Origin: an uncultured Cytophagia bacterium
GTDB taxonomy: Bacteria > Zhuqueibacterota > Zhuqueibacteria > Thermofontimicrobiales > Thermofontimicrobiaceae
Direction of reading: 5' to 3'
NCBI GenBank assembly: GCA_964472785.1
Contig: CAYYMH010000004.1
Coordinates: 389-64,388 of the forward strand
DNA: 64,000 nt
Below the pieces are notes generated by a model that ran no database searches, was not told where the DNA came from, and saw nothing but the letters and a program-made list of their open reading frames with translations. The position numbers were made by a program, and so were the translations under genes. Positions 20,324-32,604 of this stretch are shown piece by piece. Position 1 is the stretch's first letter; each line of letters begins with the position of its first letter.

Positions 20324-23299
20324 CTATTTTCCAAATTTATCGTTAAATGAAATTTGAAAAACTGTTCCTGGTACATTCACCAATTCAATTTCTCCGTTCA
20401 ACTGATCAACCAGGGCATTAATCAATTTTAGACCTAATGTTTGCGCATTTCGCACATCAAAATTCTCCGGTAAACCAACGCCCGTGTCCCCAACCTGAAG
20501 CAGATATGTTTGACGATTGTTTTTCTTAAATGAAATATTGATCTCTCCCTTACAATTGCCCGGAAAAGCATATTTTAGTGAATTTGAAACCAACTCGTTA
20601 ATAATTAATCCACAGGGGATCGCCATATCAATATTCAAACGAATATTTTGAACATCCAAATTTAATTTTACTTTTTGATAGTTTGTTGAATATGAATTAA
20701 AAAGAGACCGCGTAAGCTCTCTAATATAAGTAAAAAAATTGATTTGAGCAAGGTTTTTTGATTGATATAGTTTTTCATGAATTAAAGACATCGATTGAAT
20801 TCTATTTTTGCTTTCCTGAAAAATATTGAGCGCCTGTTCCTCATTGATATTTTTTGATTGAAGGTATAAAAGCGAGGAAATCACCTGCAGGTTGTTTTTA
20901 ACACGGTGATGTATTTCTTTTAACAGCACATCTTTCTCCTTTAATGACGCTTTTAACTGTTGCAGTGTCTGTGTGCATTCGGTGATGTCTAATATTTGTG
21001 CGATGGTTTTTATTTTATTGTCTGTGCTCTTCACAATCGCTGAACTGATCTCAACCCGCCTTTTTTCTCCTGATTTGTGAATCACATTAAATTCATATCT
21101 TGAAGGAACCGCGATACCACGCTGTCTGTTGATATAATTTCGGATAACAAGATTTTTGCTCTCCTCATCCAAATGATTTCGAAAATCCTCACCCAACAAT
21201 TCCTGCTGAGTATAGCCTAAAATTTTTGTCAATTGTTCATTCATATATTCAAACCGGAAATTATCATCAACAATCAAAATACCGCTATGAGAATTCTCGA
21301 CAATAGAGCGATAGCGTTCTTCCGATATTTTTAAGGCAGCCTGCGCCTCCTTCCATTCAGTAATATCTCTGACAATGGCTAATACTTCATTATGATTTTT
21401 ACTCACCAATCTGGCTTCCTGGTGGGTCAATTTATCATCGAGCAAAAGCTGATATTCATATTTCTGCAATTTCCCGGTTTTGAGAGCTTTTTTAATATGA
21501 TTCATCGTTAGCCTTGCCAATGTTTTCGGCAAGACATCAGCGATGTTTTTACCAACAAATCGGTCAGGAGGAACGTATAATTTCTCCGGATTTGGCGCCC
21601 GATAATCAAGAAACACGCCATCGCGATCCAGCCGGAACATTAAATCCGGTATCGCTTCCAATATCGCCTTATTCTGATATTCGCTCTTCAGGAGTGCTTG
21701 TTCCGCTTTTTTATTTTCGGTTACATCTTTGAGGTAAACCAGATCAGCCTTGCCGGAATTAAACGTTATTAAACTGGAACGAATCTCGACAATTAATTCC
21801 TTATTATCCGCTGTTTTGATCATCGTTTCGAAAACCGGTTCAGTCGATTCAACGTTTATTTTTCTTTTTAAAAATGTTAAAATATGGGGGATTGTGTTTC
21901 GATGAATGAACTTTTTAAATGGTTTATTTAGGATTTGTTCTTTCGGAAGACCTAACATTTCGCATACACGTTCATTGACAAAGCGTATTTTCAAGTTTTG
22001 CACTATAGCGATGCCGTCATTTGAACGTTCGACAACTGTTCGGTATTTCTCTTCACTTTCTTTTAACGCTTTTTCAGCTAATTTTCGCTGATGAATTTCC
22101 AGATGGGTACCGACCATTCTCCTTGGTTCGCCGTTATCTTTTCTGGCGACAACTTTTCCCCGGTCCAAAATCCAGATCCAATTTTCGCCCTTTCCCCGCA
22201 AACGATATTCGCACTCAAAGAATGGTGTCTTTTGTTGTAAATGACGTTCCAGAGCATCACTAAAAAGCTGGCGGTCGTTGGGATGAACTTCATTTTCATA
22301 ACCTTTGAAACTGATCACCTTTTTTAAATAAGAATCCATTGTAAATCCAAGCATGGACGCAAACCGCTCGTTGTAAATTAAAACATCCTTTTTAATCTGC
22401 CAGTCCCACATTCCTAATTCCGCACCGCTCAGTGCAAGTTCTAATCTGTCCTGACTAATCAATAAAGCTTTTTCAGCCTTCTTAAGCTCACTGATGTCAT
22501 GCAAGACTCCTTGTATCGCAGTCATTTCCTCATCATCTATTTGGCTGTAATCCATTTCCGCATCAAATAGAGAGCCATCTTTTTTTCGAGCCTGAAAAGT
22601 AACTTTATCAAAATCGTGATCCGAAAAAGATGCAGCGTTTTTAAAATGACTGAGAAATTGGTCCCAATCATCCTGAGCCATTAGTTGTTCAAATTGCATC
22701 CCAATGATCAAATCCGGATGTGAAAAGCCAAACATCTGTGCAAAACACATATTACAATATTTCAACTCATAATCTTGCATGATAAAAATACCGGCTCTGA
22801 CCCGCTCAACAATAGGTTTGTAAAGCGAAATGGGTAAGTCAATTTTATCCTGTTTTGTTGAATCATCATCTTTGAGATTAGTCTTTGATACTTGATTTAC
22901 TAACTGACGATATTTTCTTTCAATTTCATAATGATTTAGCAACTTATCAAGTAACGGTGTCAAACGAACTCTATTATTTTTAATAACATAGTCATCAACA
23001 CCATTGTTCATGTATTTGATTGCTGTTTCTTCATTCGATGCCTCAACAAGCATCAAGCAAGGAATTTCATGTTTTTTCTTATTAAATACTGAAGCGAACT
23101 CTGCACAGAACCCGTTTAATGATTCAGCATCAACAAAAATAATATCGTAAAGATGATTGTTTATTTTCGTTTCAAAATCGTTTAAATTAGCAACCTGAGT
23201 AAAGGTTGGTTGATAACCATTTTTTCCAATTTCATCATTTAGTACGTTCAGTTCATCTTCAGAAGAACCAACAAACAGTATCCGGATGTCGCGCTCCAT
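20324..23299 (-). CDS. Multi-PAS HisKA_2-family histidine kinase with degenerate N-terminal receiver
   Basis: [27 protein letters not shown], about five PAS domains. Confidence 0.9.
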   Translation of the reverse strand: MERDIRILFVGSSEDELNVLNDEIGKNGYQPTFTQVANLNDFETKINNHLYDIIFVDAESLNGFCAEFASVFNKKKHEIPCLMLVEASNEETAIKYMNNGVDDYVIKNNRVRLTPLLDKLLNHYEIERKYRQLVNQVSKTNLKDDDSTKQDKIDLPISLYKPIVERVRAGIFIMQDYELKYCNMCFAQMFGFSHPDLIIGMQFEQLMAQDDWDQFLSHFKNAASFSDHDFDKVTFQARKKDGSLFDAEMDYSQIDDEEMTAIQGVLHDISELKKAEKALLISQDRLELALSGAELGMWDWQIKKDVLIYNERFASMLGFTMDSYLKKVISFKGYENEVHPNDRQLFSDALERHLQQKTPFFECEYRLRGKGENWIWILDRGKVVARKDNGEPRRMVGTHLEIHQRKLAEKALKESEEKYRTVVERSNDGIAIVQNLKIRFVNERVCEMLGLPKEQILNKPFKKFIHRNTIPHILTFLKRKINVESTEPVFETMIKTADNKELIVEIRSSLITFNSGKADLVYLKDVTENKKAEQALLKSEYQNKAILEAIPDLMFRLDRDGVFLDYRAPNPEKLYVPPDRFVGKNIADVLPKTLARLTMNHIKKALKTGKLQKYEYQLLLDDKLTHQEARLVSKNHNEVLAIVRDITEWKEAQAALKISEERYRSIVENSHSGILIVDDNFRFEYMNEQLTKILGYTQQELLGEDFRNHLDEESKNLVIRNYINRQRGIAVPSRYEFNVIHKSGEKRRVEISSAIVKSTDNKIKTIAQILDITECTQTLQQLKASLKEKDVLLKEIHHRVKNNLQVISSLLYLQSKNINEEQALNIFQESKNRIQSMSLIHEKLYQSKNLAQINFFTYIRELTRSLFNSYSTNYQKVKLNLDVQNIRLNIDMAIPCGLIINELVSNSLKYAFPGNCKGEINISFKKNNRQTYLLQVGDTGVGLPENFDVRNAQTLGLKLINALVDQLNGEIELVNVPGTVFQISFNDKFGK

Positions 23300-23357
23300 C
23301 TGTTTCCTTTATCTTTTCTAAATAATTTGAAAAACTATAATCCGCCTTGATCTGGAT

Positions 23358-26300
23358 TCACGAATGTTGTTTATCTTTTTCAGCATTTTTATCACGAAAA
23401 CATATTTGAAATTCTGTTCCATAGTCAGTATTAATATTGATGGTGCCGCCTAACTGACTCGCCAGGGTTTCGACCAACTGCAGACCAAGTGTTTTTCTTT
23501 TATGTCCCAAAATTTCTTTTTTTACACCAATTCCGTTGTCGCTGACAATAAGTTTAAATGTATCCGGTTTTCGCTTTTTGAAAATAATTTTTACTTCGCC
23601 TTCTTTCGATTCAGGAAAGGCGTACTTCAGCGCATTAGAAACGAGCTCATTAATAATCAATCCGCAGGGGATGACCGAATCGATGCTCAGATTCATTTTT
23701 TTGATTTCCAATACAGCTTTAATTTTTAGCTGATCTACGCTATATGAACGGTACAGGTAACGAACCAGATCTTCGATATATTGTTTAACGTCAATCTTAG
23801 CTAAATTATTCGACTGGTAAAGTTTCTCATGCACCAGGGACATAGACCGAACCCGGTTTTGGCTCTCTCTGAAAATCGCTAATGTATTTTGCTCATTCAC
23901 ATTTTTTGATTGGAGATAAAGCAGAGAGGAAATGATCTGTAAATTGTTTTTCACCCGATGATGAATCTCTTTCAATAATACGACTTTCTCTTCAAGAGAG
24001 CTTTTCAGCCGTTCTTCTGCTTGCTTCTTCTCAATTGAAAGTCCGATTTGATCTGAGGTGAATTTCAATATTTCCAGTTCCTCAATTCCAAAAGCGGTTT
24101 CATCGTCATAGCTTTGCACCGCAATAACACCGATAACCTCGTTTTTTGCTTTTAGCGGGACCCCGAGCCAGATTTTTATTTGGCTGGGATTTGTTTTAAT
24201 TTTACCCTCTTTTACCATTCGCTGTATTTTTTCTCTGGTTAACAACATGGGTTTTTCATGCTTAATCACATAGCCGGTTAATGTTTTTCCGGCAGGAAAC
24301 ATTTTAAAATCGTCTTTCTCACTTTTATAAAATTCGAGTGAGATCATGTCCGTACTTCTATCGTACAGCGAGATTGAAAAGTTTTGGGTATCTAATACGT
24401 TGCTTAATTCATATTCAATTGCCTTGAACAACTCATTCAGATCCTGAGTCATTAAAACCGCGTTGCTTATGTTATAAACAAGTTCTTGAATTTTTTCGGC
24501 ACGCTTACGAAATGTGATATCTCTGAATACAATTTGAGAGGCTGGTTTTCCATGATAAATAACGCGGGCTCCCGCTACTTCCACATCGATGACTTTGCCA
24601 TCCCTTCTGATAAATTTTTCTTCGATCAGGGAAACCGGGGTCTTTTTAACTTCCAGATGTTTGGTTCTTTTTTGAGTGAGCTGGCGAAAATCCGGATGCA
24701 CAAAAGCTAAAAATGGTTTACCCAAACATTCCTCTTCCGATTTAATTTTCAATATTTTCATAGCTTCATGATTCACATAAACCACTCGTCCCTGGCTATG
24801 TACCAAAATCGCATTTGGAGACTCATGAGCAAGACTTTTGTACCGTTCCTCACTTTCCCGTAATGCCTCTTCTGCTTTTTTTCGTCCTGTAATATCGGAT
24901 ATTTGAACAAGAAAGTACTGGGGATCGCCATTGTAATTTCGTATGAGTGAGGCTCTTAAAATACCACAAACAACATTCCCGTCTCTTTTGATAAACCTTT
25001 TTTCGATTTCAAATTCTGAAATCTCCCTTGATAATAATTTCTGTTGCAACTGATTGACGTGATCCCTATCGTAAGGATGCGTATGGTCGGCAATCTTCAT
25101 TCTTTTCAATTCAGTCTCATCAAATCCCAGTGTTTTACAATAAACATGATTCGCTTTGGCGATTGTATGATCTAATCCCACCAAAGCAATACCAACAGGC
25201 GCCAATTTGAAAATTGAACGAAAGTGTTCTTCACTTTCCTGTAATGCGCCTTCCATCTTTTTTCGTTCTGAAATATCCTGAATGACAACATAAACCAGCT
25301 TTCTTCCGTAAACATCAATCGGACCAGAATAGGTCTCCACATTCCGAATTTCACCGTTGGCAAGGCGATGTTTAAATTCAAAAATATTTTTATTCTCCAT
25401 TCTCCCTTTTGCCATTTGCTCGCGAACTTTTTCCGGCGGTAATGTATTTAAATCCATGATGGTCATGTTTAACAGTTGCTCTCTGGAGTAACCATAATAT
25501 TCGATAGCTGCTTCATTGGCATCAATGATGGGAAGATTTTTGTCTTTAACATCAATCAATAATATGACACCCTGATTTTTCATAAACAGCGAATGGAAAA
25601 TCGCTTCCCGTTCTTTAATTGCATTTTCTATTTGCTTTCGTTTCGTAATTTCTTCAAAAGTACCCATGTACAGAGAAGGTTCTCCCCGATCATCCGTAAT
25701 AAGTGTTGCGTTTACCCGAACATCAAAAGGTGATCCGTCTTTTCGAATACCGACAAGTTCACCAACCCATTTGCCATGGCGCAAAATTTCATCAATGACT
25801 CTCTTCGCCCTTTTCTTGCTCTGCCAGTACTTGATACCATAGGTTCCAAGAATTTCATCTTCCCTTGAGTATCCCCACATGTCCAGCATCGCCTGGTTGA
25901 CATAGGTTAGTTTTCCGCTTAAATCCTCAATTCCGATCCCATAAAGCGAGGATTGAAATGCGATGTCCTTAATTTTTAATTCATGTTCCGCCTTTTTTTG
26001 CTCTGAAATATCCGTAAGTGATAACAAAGCACGCGAAAAATCTTTCTCGTGTTCCGGTAAAATTGTTAATTTGAGAATGACAATCTTTTCCTCTCCCGAT
26101 AACGTTCTGATTCTCAATTCACGTTTGAATTTAAAGTTACCCTCGAAAAGTTGAATAACTAAGTCTTTAAAATGATTAATTGAATTTTTATCAAATATGA
26201 CAGACGGATGTTCGATAATTTCTTTTTTGGTCGCTGCGTTAAACAACTCCAATGTGGCGCTGCTCATGTCTAAAATCTTTATCACGGATAAACAGGTTTC

Positions 26301-26879
26301 CGCAGCATCAGGATTGTTGTCAAAATAGGCTTTAAAATCCTTTACATTGTTATTTTTTAAAAAGCTGATGAAAGCTTGAATGCCAGAAATATCAACTTCT
26401 AATAAAGGCACTGGCGATTCATCAAAAAGCATTTGGTATCGTGATTTATTTGTTAGAATTCGATTTTTAAGACTTTGAGGATTATCTTTCCAATTCTTTT
26501 CATTCAATACTTTTTCCACCGCTGGTTTCAGTTTCATCATTTCATCTTCAAATACATAATCTCTTTCATTGACATTGATGGATGTTACAGTTAATTCTTC
26601 ATCAAGATTTTTGGATACAAAAATAAACGGCGCTTTCATTCGATTTTTATCAGTAATTTCCATTGCCCTTATCCGTTCACAATTATAAGAGTTAGAATTC
26701 GCGATAACAAGATCACAGTTTCTGTGTTTTGAACCGACTGTGATCTCCTCTTCGGAAGCCAGCTTAATATATTCAAACCGAATATCTTCCTGATCCAACT
26801 CTTGCATGATACGTGATATATCCTGATCCGACTCTTCGATAATTAGAACCTGAAAATCATTGCGCATTAACTTTTTCAT
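23358..26879 (-). CDS. Multi-PAS/GAF HisKA_2-family histidine kinase with pseudo-receiver
   Basis: [28 protein letters not shown]; PAS repeats and a GAF. Confidence 0.9.
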   Translation of the reverse strand: MKKLMRNDFQVLIIEESDQDISRIMQELDQEDIRFEYIKLASEEEITVGSKHRNCDLVIANSNSYNCERIRAMEITDKNRMKAPFIFVSKNLDEELTVTSINVNERDYVFEDEMMKLKPAVEKVLNEKNWKDNPQSLKNRILTNKSRYQMLFDESPVPLLEVDISGIQAFISFLKNNNVKDFKAYFDNNPDAAETCLSVIKILDMSSATLELFNAATKKEIIEHPSVIFDKNSINHFKDLVIQLFEGNFKFKRELRIRTLSGEEKIVILKLTILPEHEKDFSRALLSLTDISEQKKAEHELKIKDIAFQSSLYGIGIEDLSGKLTYVNQAMLDMWGYSREDEILGTYGIKYWQSKKRAKRVIDEILRHGKWVGELVGIRKDGSPFDVRVNATLITDDRGEPSLYMGTFEEITKRKQIENAIKEREAIFHSLFMKNQGVILLIDVKDKNLPIIDANEAAIEYYGYSREQLLNMTIMDLNTLPPEKVREQMAKGRMENKNIFEFKHRLANGEIRNVETYSGPIDVYGRKLVYVVIQDISERKKMEGALQESEEHFRSIFKLAPVGIALVGLDHTIAKANHVYCKTLGFDETELKRMKIADHTHPYDRDHVNQLQQKLLSREISEFEIEKRFIKRDGNVVCGILRASLIRNYNGDPQYFLVQISDITGRKKAEEALRESEERYKSLAHESPNAILVHSQGRVVYVNHEAMKILKIKSEEECLGKPFLAFVHPDFRQLTQKRTKHLEVKKTPVSLIEEKFIRRDGKVIDVEVAGARVIYHGKPASQIVFRDITFRKRAEKIQELVYNISNAVLMTQDLNELFKAIEYELSNVLDTQNFSISLYDRSTDMISLEFYKSEKDDFKMFPAGKTLTGYVIKHEKPMLLTREKIQRMVKEGKIKTNPSQIKIWLGVPLKAKNEVIGVIAVQSYDDETAFGIEELEILKFTSDQIGLSIEKKQAEERLKSSLEEKVVLLKEIHHRVKNNLQIISSLLYLQSKNVNEQNTLAIFRESQNRVRSMSLVHEKLYQSNNLAKIDVKQYIEDLVRYLYRSYSVDQLKIKAVLEIKKMNLSIDSVIPCGLIINELVSNALKYAFPESKEGEVKIIFKKRKPDTFKLIVSDNGIGVKKEILGHKRKTLGLQLVETLASQLGGTININTDYGTEFQICFRDKNAEKDKQHS

Positions 26880-26991
26880 TGAATGAGACTCTCTCTAAAA
26901 ATTTTCTGAAATATTTTATCCCCCATTTTCTTTATTTTGAATTAACATCCAAAAATATCAATTTCGAAAAACGACCTTGTTGCTTTTTATA

Positions 26992-27399
26992 TCAAGATTT
27001 ATCAGACAAAACACTCACTTTATCAGCTGCATTTGATAACGCTTTTTGAATCATGGTTTTGAGTTCATCTTCTTCAAAAGGTTTTATGAGATATAATACC
27101 GGGTCAGAATTCAATCTCGCCCGATCCAGCGTTTCCTGATCTGTATAAGCAGTGAGATAGATAATCGGAATTCGCCTTCTTTCCCAGATTCTTCTGGCAG
27201 CCTCCACACCGTCAATTTCGCCTTTTAAGCTAATATCCATCAAAATAATGTCCGGCCTGAGTTGATCTACCATCTCTATTGCATTTTCACCTGAAACAGT
27301 CATTCCGGGTACATCATATCCTAAACCTTCTAATCTATCCTTAATCTCCATACCAATGATATTTTCATCTTCAACAATCAAAACTTTTTTGGGTGCCAT
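26992..27399 (-). CDS. Single-domain response regulator
   Basis: VEDE, LMDI, LTAY, KPF; GAGGAG RBS before ATG 27399. Confidence 0.9.
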   Translation of the reverse strand: MAPKKVLIVEDENIIGMEIKDRLEGLGYDVPGMTVSGENAIEMVDQLRPDIILMDISLKGEIDGVEAARRIWERRRIPIIYLTAYTDQETLDRARLNSDPVLYLIKPFEEDELKTMIQKALSNAADKVSVLSDKS

Positions 27400-27509
27400 T
27401 GGTAATCTCCTCATGCGTTAACGTAAATAAGCATAAATGTTAACAAAAAATTAAGTCACTGTGTTCCATTATTATTATTTTTAAACATACTTTATTTTCC
27501 ACGATATTA

Positions 27510-29027
27510 TTAAACAGGTAATGAAAAATAAAAAGTTGCTCCAATCTTTTCATTACTTTCTGCCCAAACGTTTCCACCGTGCCGGTGAATGATTCTTTTC
27601 ACAGTAGTCAACCCGATACCATTACCCGGAAAGTCAGAATTTTTATGCAGCCGCTTAAACGGTGCAAATATCTCTTGGCTGCTCGTTTGATTAAAACCCA
27701 CTCCATTATCTCTGACATAAAAAGCGGGTTCCGCAATATGGTTTCTCAACCCGAATTCAATCCTTGTTAACCGATTTTTTTTAGTGAATTTCCATGCATT
27801 TTCAAACAGATTTCTCAACACATAATTTATAAGCCGATGGTCACCATAGGCTTTTAAGCCATTTTGAATTTCAAATTCCGCTTCTCGTTTTGGATCGGTT
27901 TGTTTAAGGTGATGAGAAATTAATTTTGCTATCTTACTCAAATCAACCTCTTTAACATCCAGTTTACTCAGATTAAATCGAGAAAGTGACAAGAAATCAT
28001 CGATCAAACCAAACATGTTTTGGATGGAATGTCGAATTCTGTTTAAATAATGCCTGGCTTCACTGTTCAAATTTTCCAAATGCTCGTCAATCAACAATTG
28101 TGAAAATCCATCGATCCTGATTAACGGTGCTCTCAGATCATGGGACACGGATGAAGTAAAAGCCTCAAGTTCTTTATTCATTGCTTCAAGCTGAGCAGTA
28201 CGATTCCGGACTCGTTTTTCCAGTTGGCGATTCAATTCTCGAAGTTGCTTTTCAGCCTCTCGCTGTGGAGTAATGTCCTTTACGCCAAGAATCAACCCGA
28301 TAATTTGTTGGTGCGAATTTTTAAAAGGATATGCATTTACTGCAATCTGTTTAACCGAATTGCTTTTTTCTGAAATAGTATACTCAGTTTTTTGAGGCTG
28401 ACCCGTTCTTAACGTAATTCGTGACGGACAATTCGCGCAAGGTTTCGACTGATTTTTTAGAATCTGGTAGCATTTTTCTCCGTGGAGTGGTTGTCCGTTT
28501 TTAAATTGATCAGACATCCACCGGTTAACCCGGATAATATTGAAATCATTATCAATTACACAAATGCCCTCTTGAACAGAATTAAAAACATCTAGTAAAA
28601 ACCGTTCACGAAGCTGCAGATCTTTTAAAACCAGTTTCTGCTGTTGTTGCGTTTTGCGGTGATTGAATTCCCGATGAATTATTGGAAGAAGTCGCTTTAA
28701 ATCTGATCTCGTAATAAAATCGATAACTCCATAACCGAACGCATCAACGGAAATGTCTTGAATGACATGATTACTAATCAGAACGATGGGAACTTCTTTC
28801 AGATGACAATGAATCGAGCGGAGAAATGTTAACTGATTTTTTTCAATCAAATCATAATTCAGGAAGACAAAATCCAAGGAATGATCGTCCACAAATTTGT
28901 GGATATTACTAAATGTTTGAACGCGTTGCCAGGTTACCCGAAATTTTCCGGACTCAAGCGTTTGAACAATTTTGTCCACAAATTTTGCCGACTCCCCGAC
29001 AAAAAAGACTTGCAGTGTTTTCCCCAT
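27510..29027 (-). CDS. Pseudo-REC-PAS histidine kinase
   Basis: SVSHDLRAPL, NLFENAWKF, DNGVGF, GNGIGL; PAS with CY...PCxxCP. Confidence 0.88.
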   Translation of the reverse strand: MGKTLQVFFVGESAKFVDKIVQTLESGKFRVTWQRVQTFSNIHKFVDDHSLDFVFLNYDLIEKNQLTFLRSIHCHLKEVPIVLISNHVIQDISVDAFGYGVIDFITRSDLKRLLPIIHREFNHRKTQQQQKLVLKDLQLRERFLLDVFNSVQEGICVIDNDFNIIRVNRWMSDQFKNGQPLHGEKCYQILKNQSKPCANCPSRITLRTGQPQKTEYTISEKSNSVKQIAVNAYPFKNSHQQIIGLILGVKDITPQREAEKQLRELNRQLEKRVRNRTAQLEAMNKELEAFTSSVSHDLRAPLIRIDGFSQLLIDEHLENLNSEARHYLNRIRHSIQNMFGLIDDFLSLSRFNLSKLDVKEVDLSKIAKLISHHLKQTDPKREAEFEIQNGLKAYGDHRLINYVLRNLFENAWKFTKKNRLTRIEFGLRNHIAEPAFYVRDNGVGFNQTSSQEIFAPFKRLHKNSDFPGNGIGLTTVKRIIHRHGGNVWAESNEKIGATFYFSLPV

Positions 29028-29593
29028 TTGTGTTCCTTTTAACTTTTTGACTGTTCAAAGGTTTAATAATTTGGATACAAACCAACCGGTAAATTTAGTT
29101 TAAGTATCTGTAATGAAAACCCCGACAGTATAAAGTTTGCAATAAACTTCATTTCAATCTGTAACTTAATATTTCATTTTGAAATGAATATTCCCAACTA
29201 AAAACATTAATCATCTTAAATTTAAACCAATTAAAACAATATATTAAATTTTGAAGGAAGGACTTGGTGCTATTAACTTATTGTTTTAATATTAGTTACT
29301 CTGTTTTTCAATTTTTATTTACATCAGTTTGTTCTGCATGCATCTGTATCGAAACATCCGGTTAACAAACTTTTATATTACTGCGCAAAAAATATTCCAG
29401 TAATTTTTGGTGTAACAAACAGGATAATAGTAAATTGGATGTGATTTTTTATTGCTGGGGACATTTTCGATATGGGTTTCGTATTACATTAATTGTATTT
29501 TACACTTGATCATTCTGCCCAACAATCATTCTGTCATATACGTTATGTACATCTCTGGTTCTATAAAAAGCGAAGTTATTGTAGTTTACTTCC

Positions 29594-32572
29594 CTACAAA
29601 AACCGAACTTCAAACACCGTCAATGTCACAGCGCCGAATTCCTGTTCCACTTTTCCTTTGAGGACATAGGGACGGGAATGACTGAGCATGTAACAAAACT
29701 TTTTGTAGGTATTGGGAAAGAAAACCGTTTCATAAATGGCTGTGGTATCTTCAAAACTGATAAATTCCATCATTTCATTGTTCTTCGTGCGGGTCATTTT
29801 CCGGGTTACCAGCCAACCAATGGTGACCACTGTTTTGCCGACATAGCCGGACAAATTTTTCGCTTTCACGTAGCAGAGTTTTTCAATTTTTTCCTGATAA
29901 AGGGATAACGGATGGCGACTGATCAAAAAACTCAATGTTTCGCATTCATGTTGCAGTTGGGTTTCGGAATCATAATTTGCCGAACGTGGCAAAATTTTGG
30001 GTTGGTCATCAAATAACGACAGGGTGCTGTTGGATTTTTTGACCTTCTGATTCTGATGTTGCAGCATTTGCCACATCAATTCGGGACGCGTGCGACGAGG
30101 CTCAATTTCATCGAACACGCCGGCTTTAATTAAAATTTTCGCATCATTGGGAACAATGTCAACCCGGTCGAGAAAATTCTTAAAAGATCGATAGGCGCCA
30201 TTTCTCCGTCTCTCCTCCAAAATCTGGTTCACGGTTTCCCGCCGAATTCCTTTCAATTGCATTAAACCGACGCGCACCTGTTTGTCTTTTCCGGTGTAAT
30301 GCCATTCGCTTTTGTTAATCTCGGGCAGCAGCACTTCCAGCCCCATGCGCCGGGACTCCGAAATATAAGCAAAGGTCGAATAATAACCACCCTGATTACT
30401 AATCACCGCAGCAATAAATTCCGCCGGGTAATGCGCCCGCAGATAACACGATTTGTAAGACACCATAGCAAAAGACGCCGAATGCGGTTTGCAAAAGCTG
30501 TAACCTGTAAAACTCAAAATCATTTCCCAAATCCGCTCGATGGTTTGATGATCCACACCGTTTCGACGCGCACCACGGAAGAATTTTTCTTTGAAATCAT
30601 CCATTTTCTTCCCGATACGCTTTTTGGAGAGAATGCGGCGCAAATCATCTGCTTCAGCCGGATCAAAACCAGCTAACGCGATCGCGACTTTGGAAACATC
30701 CTCCTGATAAATCATGATGCCGTATGTTTCTTTTAAAATATGTTCCAGCAACGGATGCAACGGATCGTACTTTTCACCATGAAGACGTTTCACATATTCA
30801 CGGATGTAATCATTTGCTGCCGGACGAATGATCGAGCTGTGAATCACCAGGTGACCAAAATCTCCGGTTTTCGCCTTTTTCTGCAACAACCGCATCGCCG
30901 GTGATTCCACATAAAATACGCCAATGGTCTCCCCGTCCCGAATCAACGCCTGGGTTTTCGGGTCGTCGAGCGGATTCCACAGTTCGTATTGAATGTCCAC
31001 ATCATAATTTATTTTAATTGCCTCGAGCGCATCCCGAATAACAGCCAACGAACGATTGCCCAGCAGATCGATTTTTACCAAACCAGCTTCTTCGGACTGA
31101 TCTTTTTCCCACTGAACAATATTTACTCCTTTTGGCGCCGGTTCGGTGGCAACGTATTCGTTAATATGATTGGGCGTGATCACTACCCCCCCGCAATGCA
31201 CGGACAAATTTCGCGGACAGCCCTGTAATTTTTCAGCCAATGAAAATATCTCTTTCCACTGCCCGTCAAAATCATGATGGCGATACGCCGGATGGTTAGC
31301 CACTAATTCCCGCACCCGATCCGCCCGATAAAAGCCGGATAATTTTTTGGTGACAAGATTAATTTCAGTCTCGGGCAAACCGTACACTTTGGCAACCTCT
31401 CTCACAGCAGCCCGCGCTTTGAATCCCACGTGATTCGCGATCATGCCGGTGCGATGAACACCGTATTTTTTAAACACATAATCCAAAATATCATCCCGCT
31501 CATCCCAGGGAAAATCCACATCAATGTCCGGCGGGTCTTCTCTTCCCATGTTTAAAAAACGTTCGAAAAACAGATTTTGCGTAATCGGGTCAACGTGGGT
31601 GATTTCTAAACAGAAAGCAACAATACTGGCTGCCGCAGAACCGCGTCCGCAGGTGCGCTGCGACTGTTTAACGATGTCCTGCACCACTAAAAAATAAGGC
31701 GCAAACCCTTTGGTCTTAATAATTTCCAATTCATAATCCAGCCGCTGTTTGACCGCGTCATTTATTTCTCCGTAGCGCTTTTTTGCACCCTGATCGCAGC
31801 TCTTTTTTAACACGTCAAATGCCTGATCATTTTTAAAACCATTAAATTTGGGAAAAATAGGTCCGTTAAAATTCAGATCGTGCACACATTGATCAGCAAT
31901 TTTTCGAGTGTTCTCCAATGCGGCTTGACAATCCGGAAATACCTGCTCCATCTGTTTCGGTGTCTTGAGCCAAGCGCTTTTCGGTGCCAATTCGTTGGTA
32001 TCCAGTTGGGGAATTGACGTATTGCAATCAATGGCTCGCAACAGCCGGTGCAGCGGAAAATCTTCCGGGTTGATGAAGTGGACATTGTTGGTGGCAACCG
32101 GAGGAATGCCACTGGAACGCGCATATTTTATTAGCGAAACACGTCGCGGTCCCGGCTGAATTTCAACAAACAGCTTGCCGGGTGAAATTTTGGATCGAAG
32201 TAAATTGAGCAACGGAATGGAATCGGTCAGCAAAAAAAGGCCTTGCTGAAAATGAATCAGAACGTCCAAAAGAGAAAAATCCTTGTCTTGATGGCGCAGT
32301 GAAATAATCCGGCATAGATTGCTGTAACCCTGCCGGCTTTTCACCAATAACAACACGCGCAATCCACCAGACACAATTTCGGCTCCGATAATCGGCTTGA
32401 TGCCCACCTCTTTGGCAATTTGCAGAAACCACACCAAACCATACACGCCGTTGGTATCGGTCAACGCAATCGTATCAAAACCGCGCTTTTTTGCCGCCAG
32501 ACATAAATCTTCAATGGAATTCGCTCCCCGACAAAACGAATAATGGCTGTGGATATTGAGATGGACAAACAT
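29594..32572 (-). CDS. dnaE2: Error-prone DNA polymerase III alpha (DnaE2/ImuC-like)
   Basis: PHP domain (HLNIHS), GRGSAA, PPDIDVDF, KIDLLG, YSFCKPH, C-terminal OB fold; lies downstream of lexA and imuB. Confidence 0.88.
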   Translation of the reverse strand: MFVHLNIHSHYSFCRGANSIEDLCLAAKKRGFDTIALTDTNGVYGLVWFLQIAKEVGIKPIIGAEIVSGGLRVLLLVKSRQGYSNLCRIISLRHQDKDFSLLDVLIHFQQGLFLLTDSIPLLNLLRSKISPGKLFVEIQPGPRRVSLIKYARSSGIPPVATNNVHFINPEDFPLHRLLRAIDCNTSIPQLDTNELAPKSAWLKTPKQMEQVFPDCQAALENTRKIADQCVHDLNFNGPIFPKFNGFKNDQAFDVLKKSCDQGAKKRYGEINDAVKQRLDYELEIIKTKGFAPYFLVVQDIVKQSQRTCGRGSAAASIVAFCLEITHVDPITQNLFFERFLNMGREDPPDIDVDFPWDERDDILDYVFKKYGVHRTGMIANHVGFKARAAVREVAKVYGLPETEINLVTKKLSGFYRADRVRELVANHPAYRHHDFDGQWKEIFSLAEKLQGCPRNLSVHCGGVVITPNHINEYVATEPAPKGVNIVQWEKDQSEEAGLVKIDLLGNRSLAVIRDALEAIKINYDVDIQYELWNPLDDPKTQALIRDGETIGVFYVESPAMRLLQKKAKTGDFGHLVIHSSIIRPAANDYIREYVKRLHGEKYDPLHPLLEHILKETYGIMIYQEDVSKVAIALAGFDPAEADDLRRILSKKRIGKKMDDFKEKFFRGARRNGVDHQTIERIWEMILSFTGYSFCKPHSASFAMVSYKSCYLRAHYPAEFIAAVISNQGGYYSTFAYISESRRMGLEVLLPEINKSEWHYTGKDKQVRVGLMQLKGIRRETVNQILEERRRNGAYRSFKNFLDRVDIVPNDAKILIKAGVFDEIEPRRTRPELMWQMLQHQNQKVKKSNSTLSLFDDQPKILPRSANYDSETQLQHECETLSFLISRHPLSLYQEKIEKLCYVKAKNLSGYVGKTVVTIGWLVTRKMTRTKNNEMMEFISFEDTTAIYETVFFPNTYKKFCYMLSHSRPYVLKGKVEQEFGAVTLTVFEVRFL

Positions 32573-32604
32573 TGCTGCACCAGATTCCTTGTTAAATTCC
32601 ATTT

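Noticed and set aside
29028-29593. Long AT-rich gap with a 69-aa ORF (29452-29661)
   Set aside because: No RBS, motif or convincing structure; most likely the regulatory region of the signalling operon.
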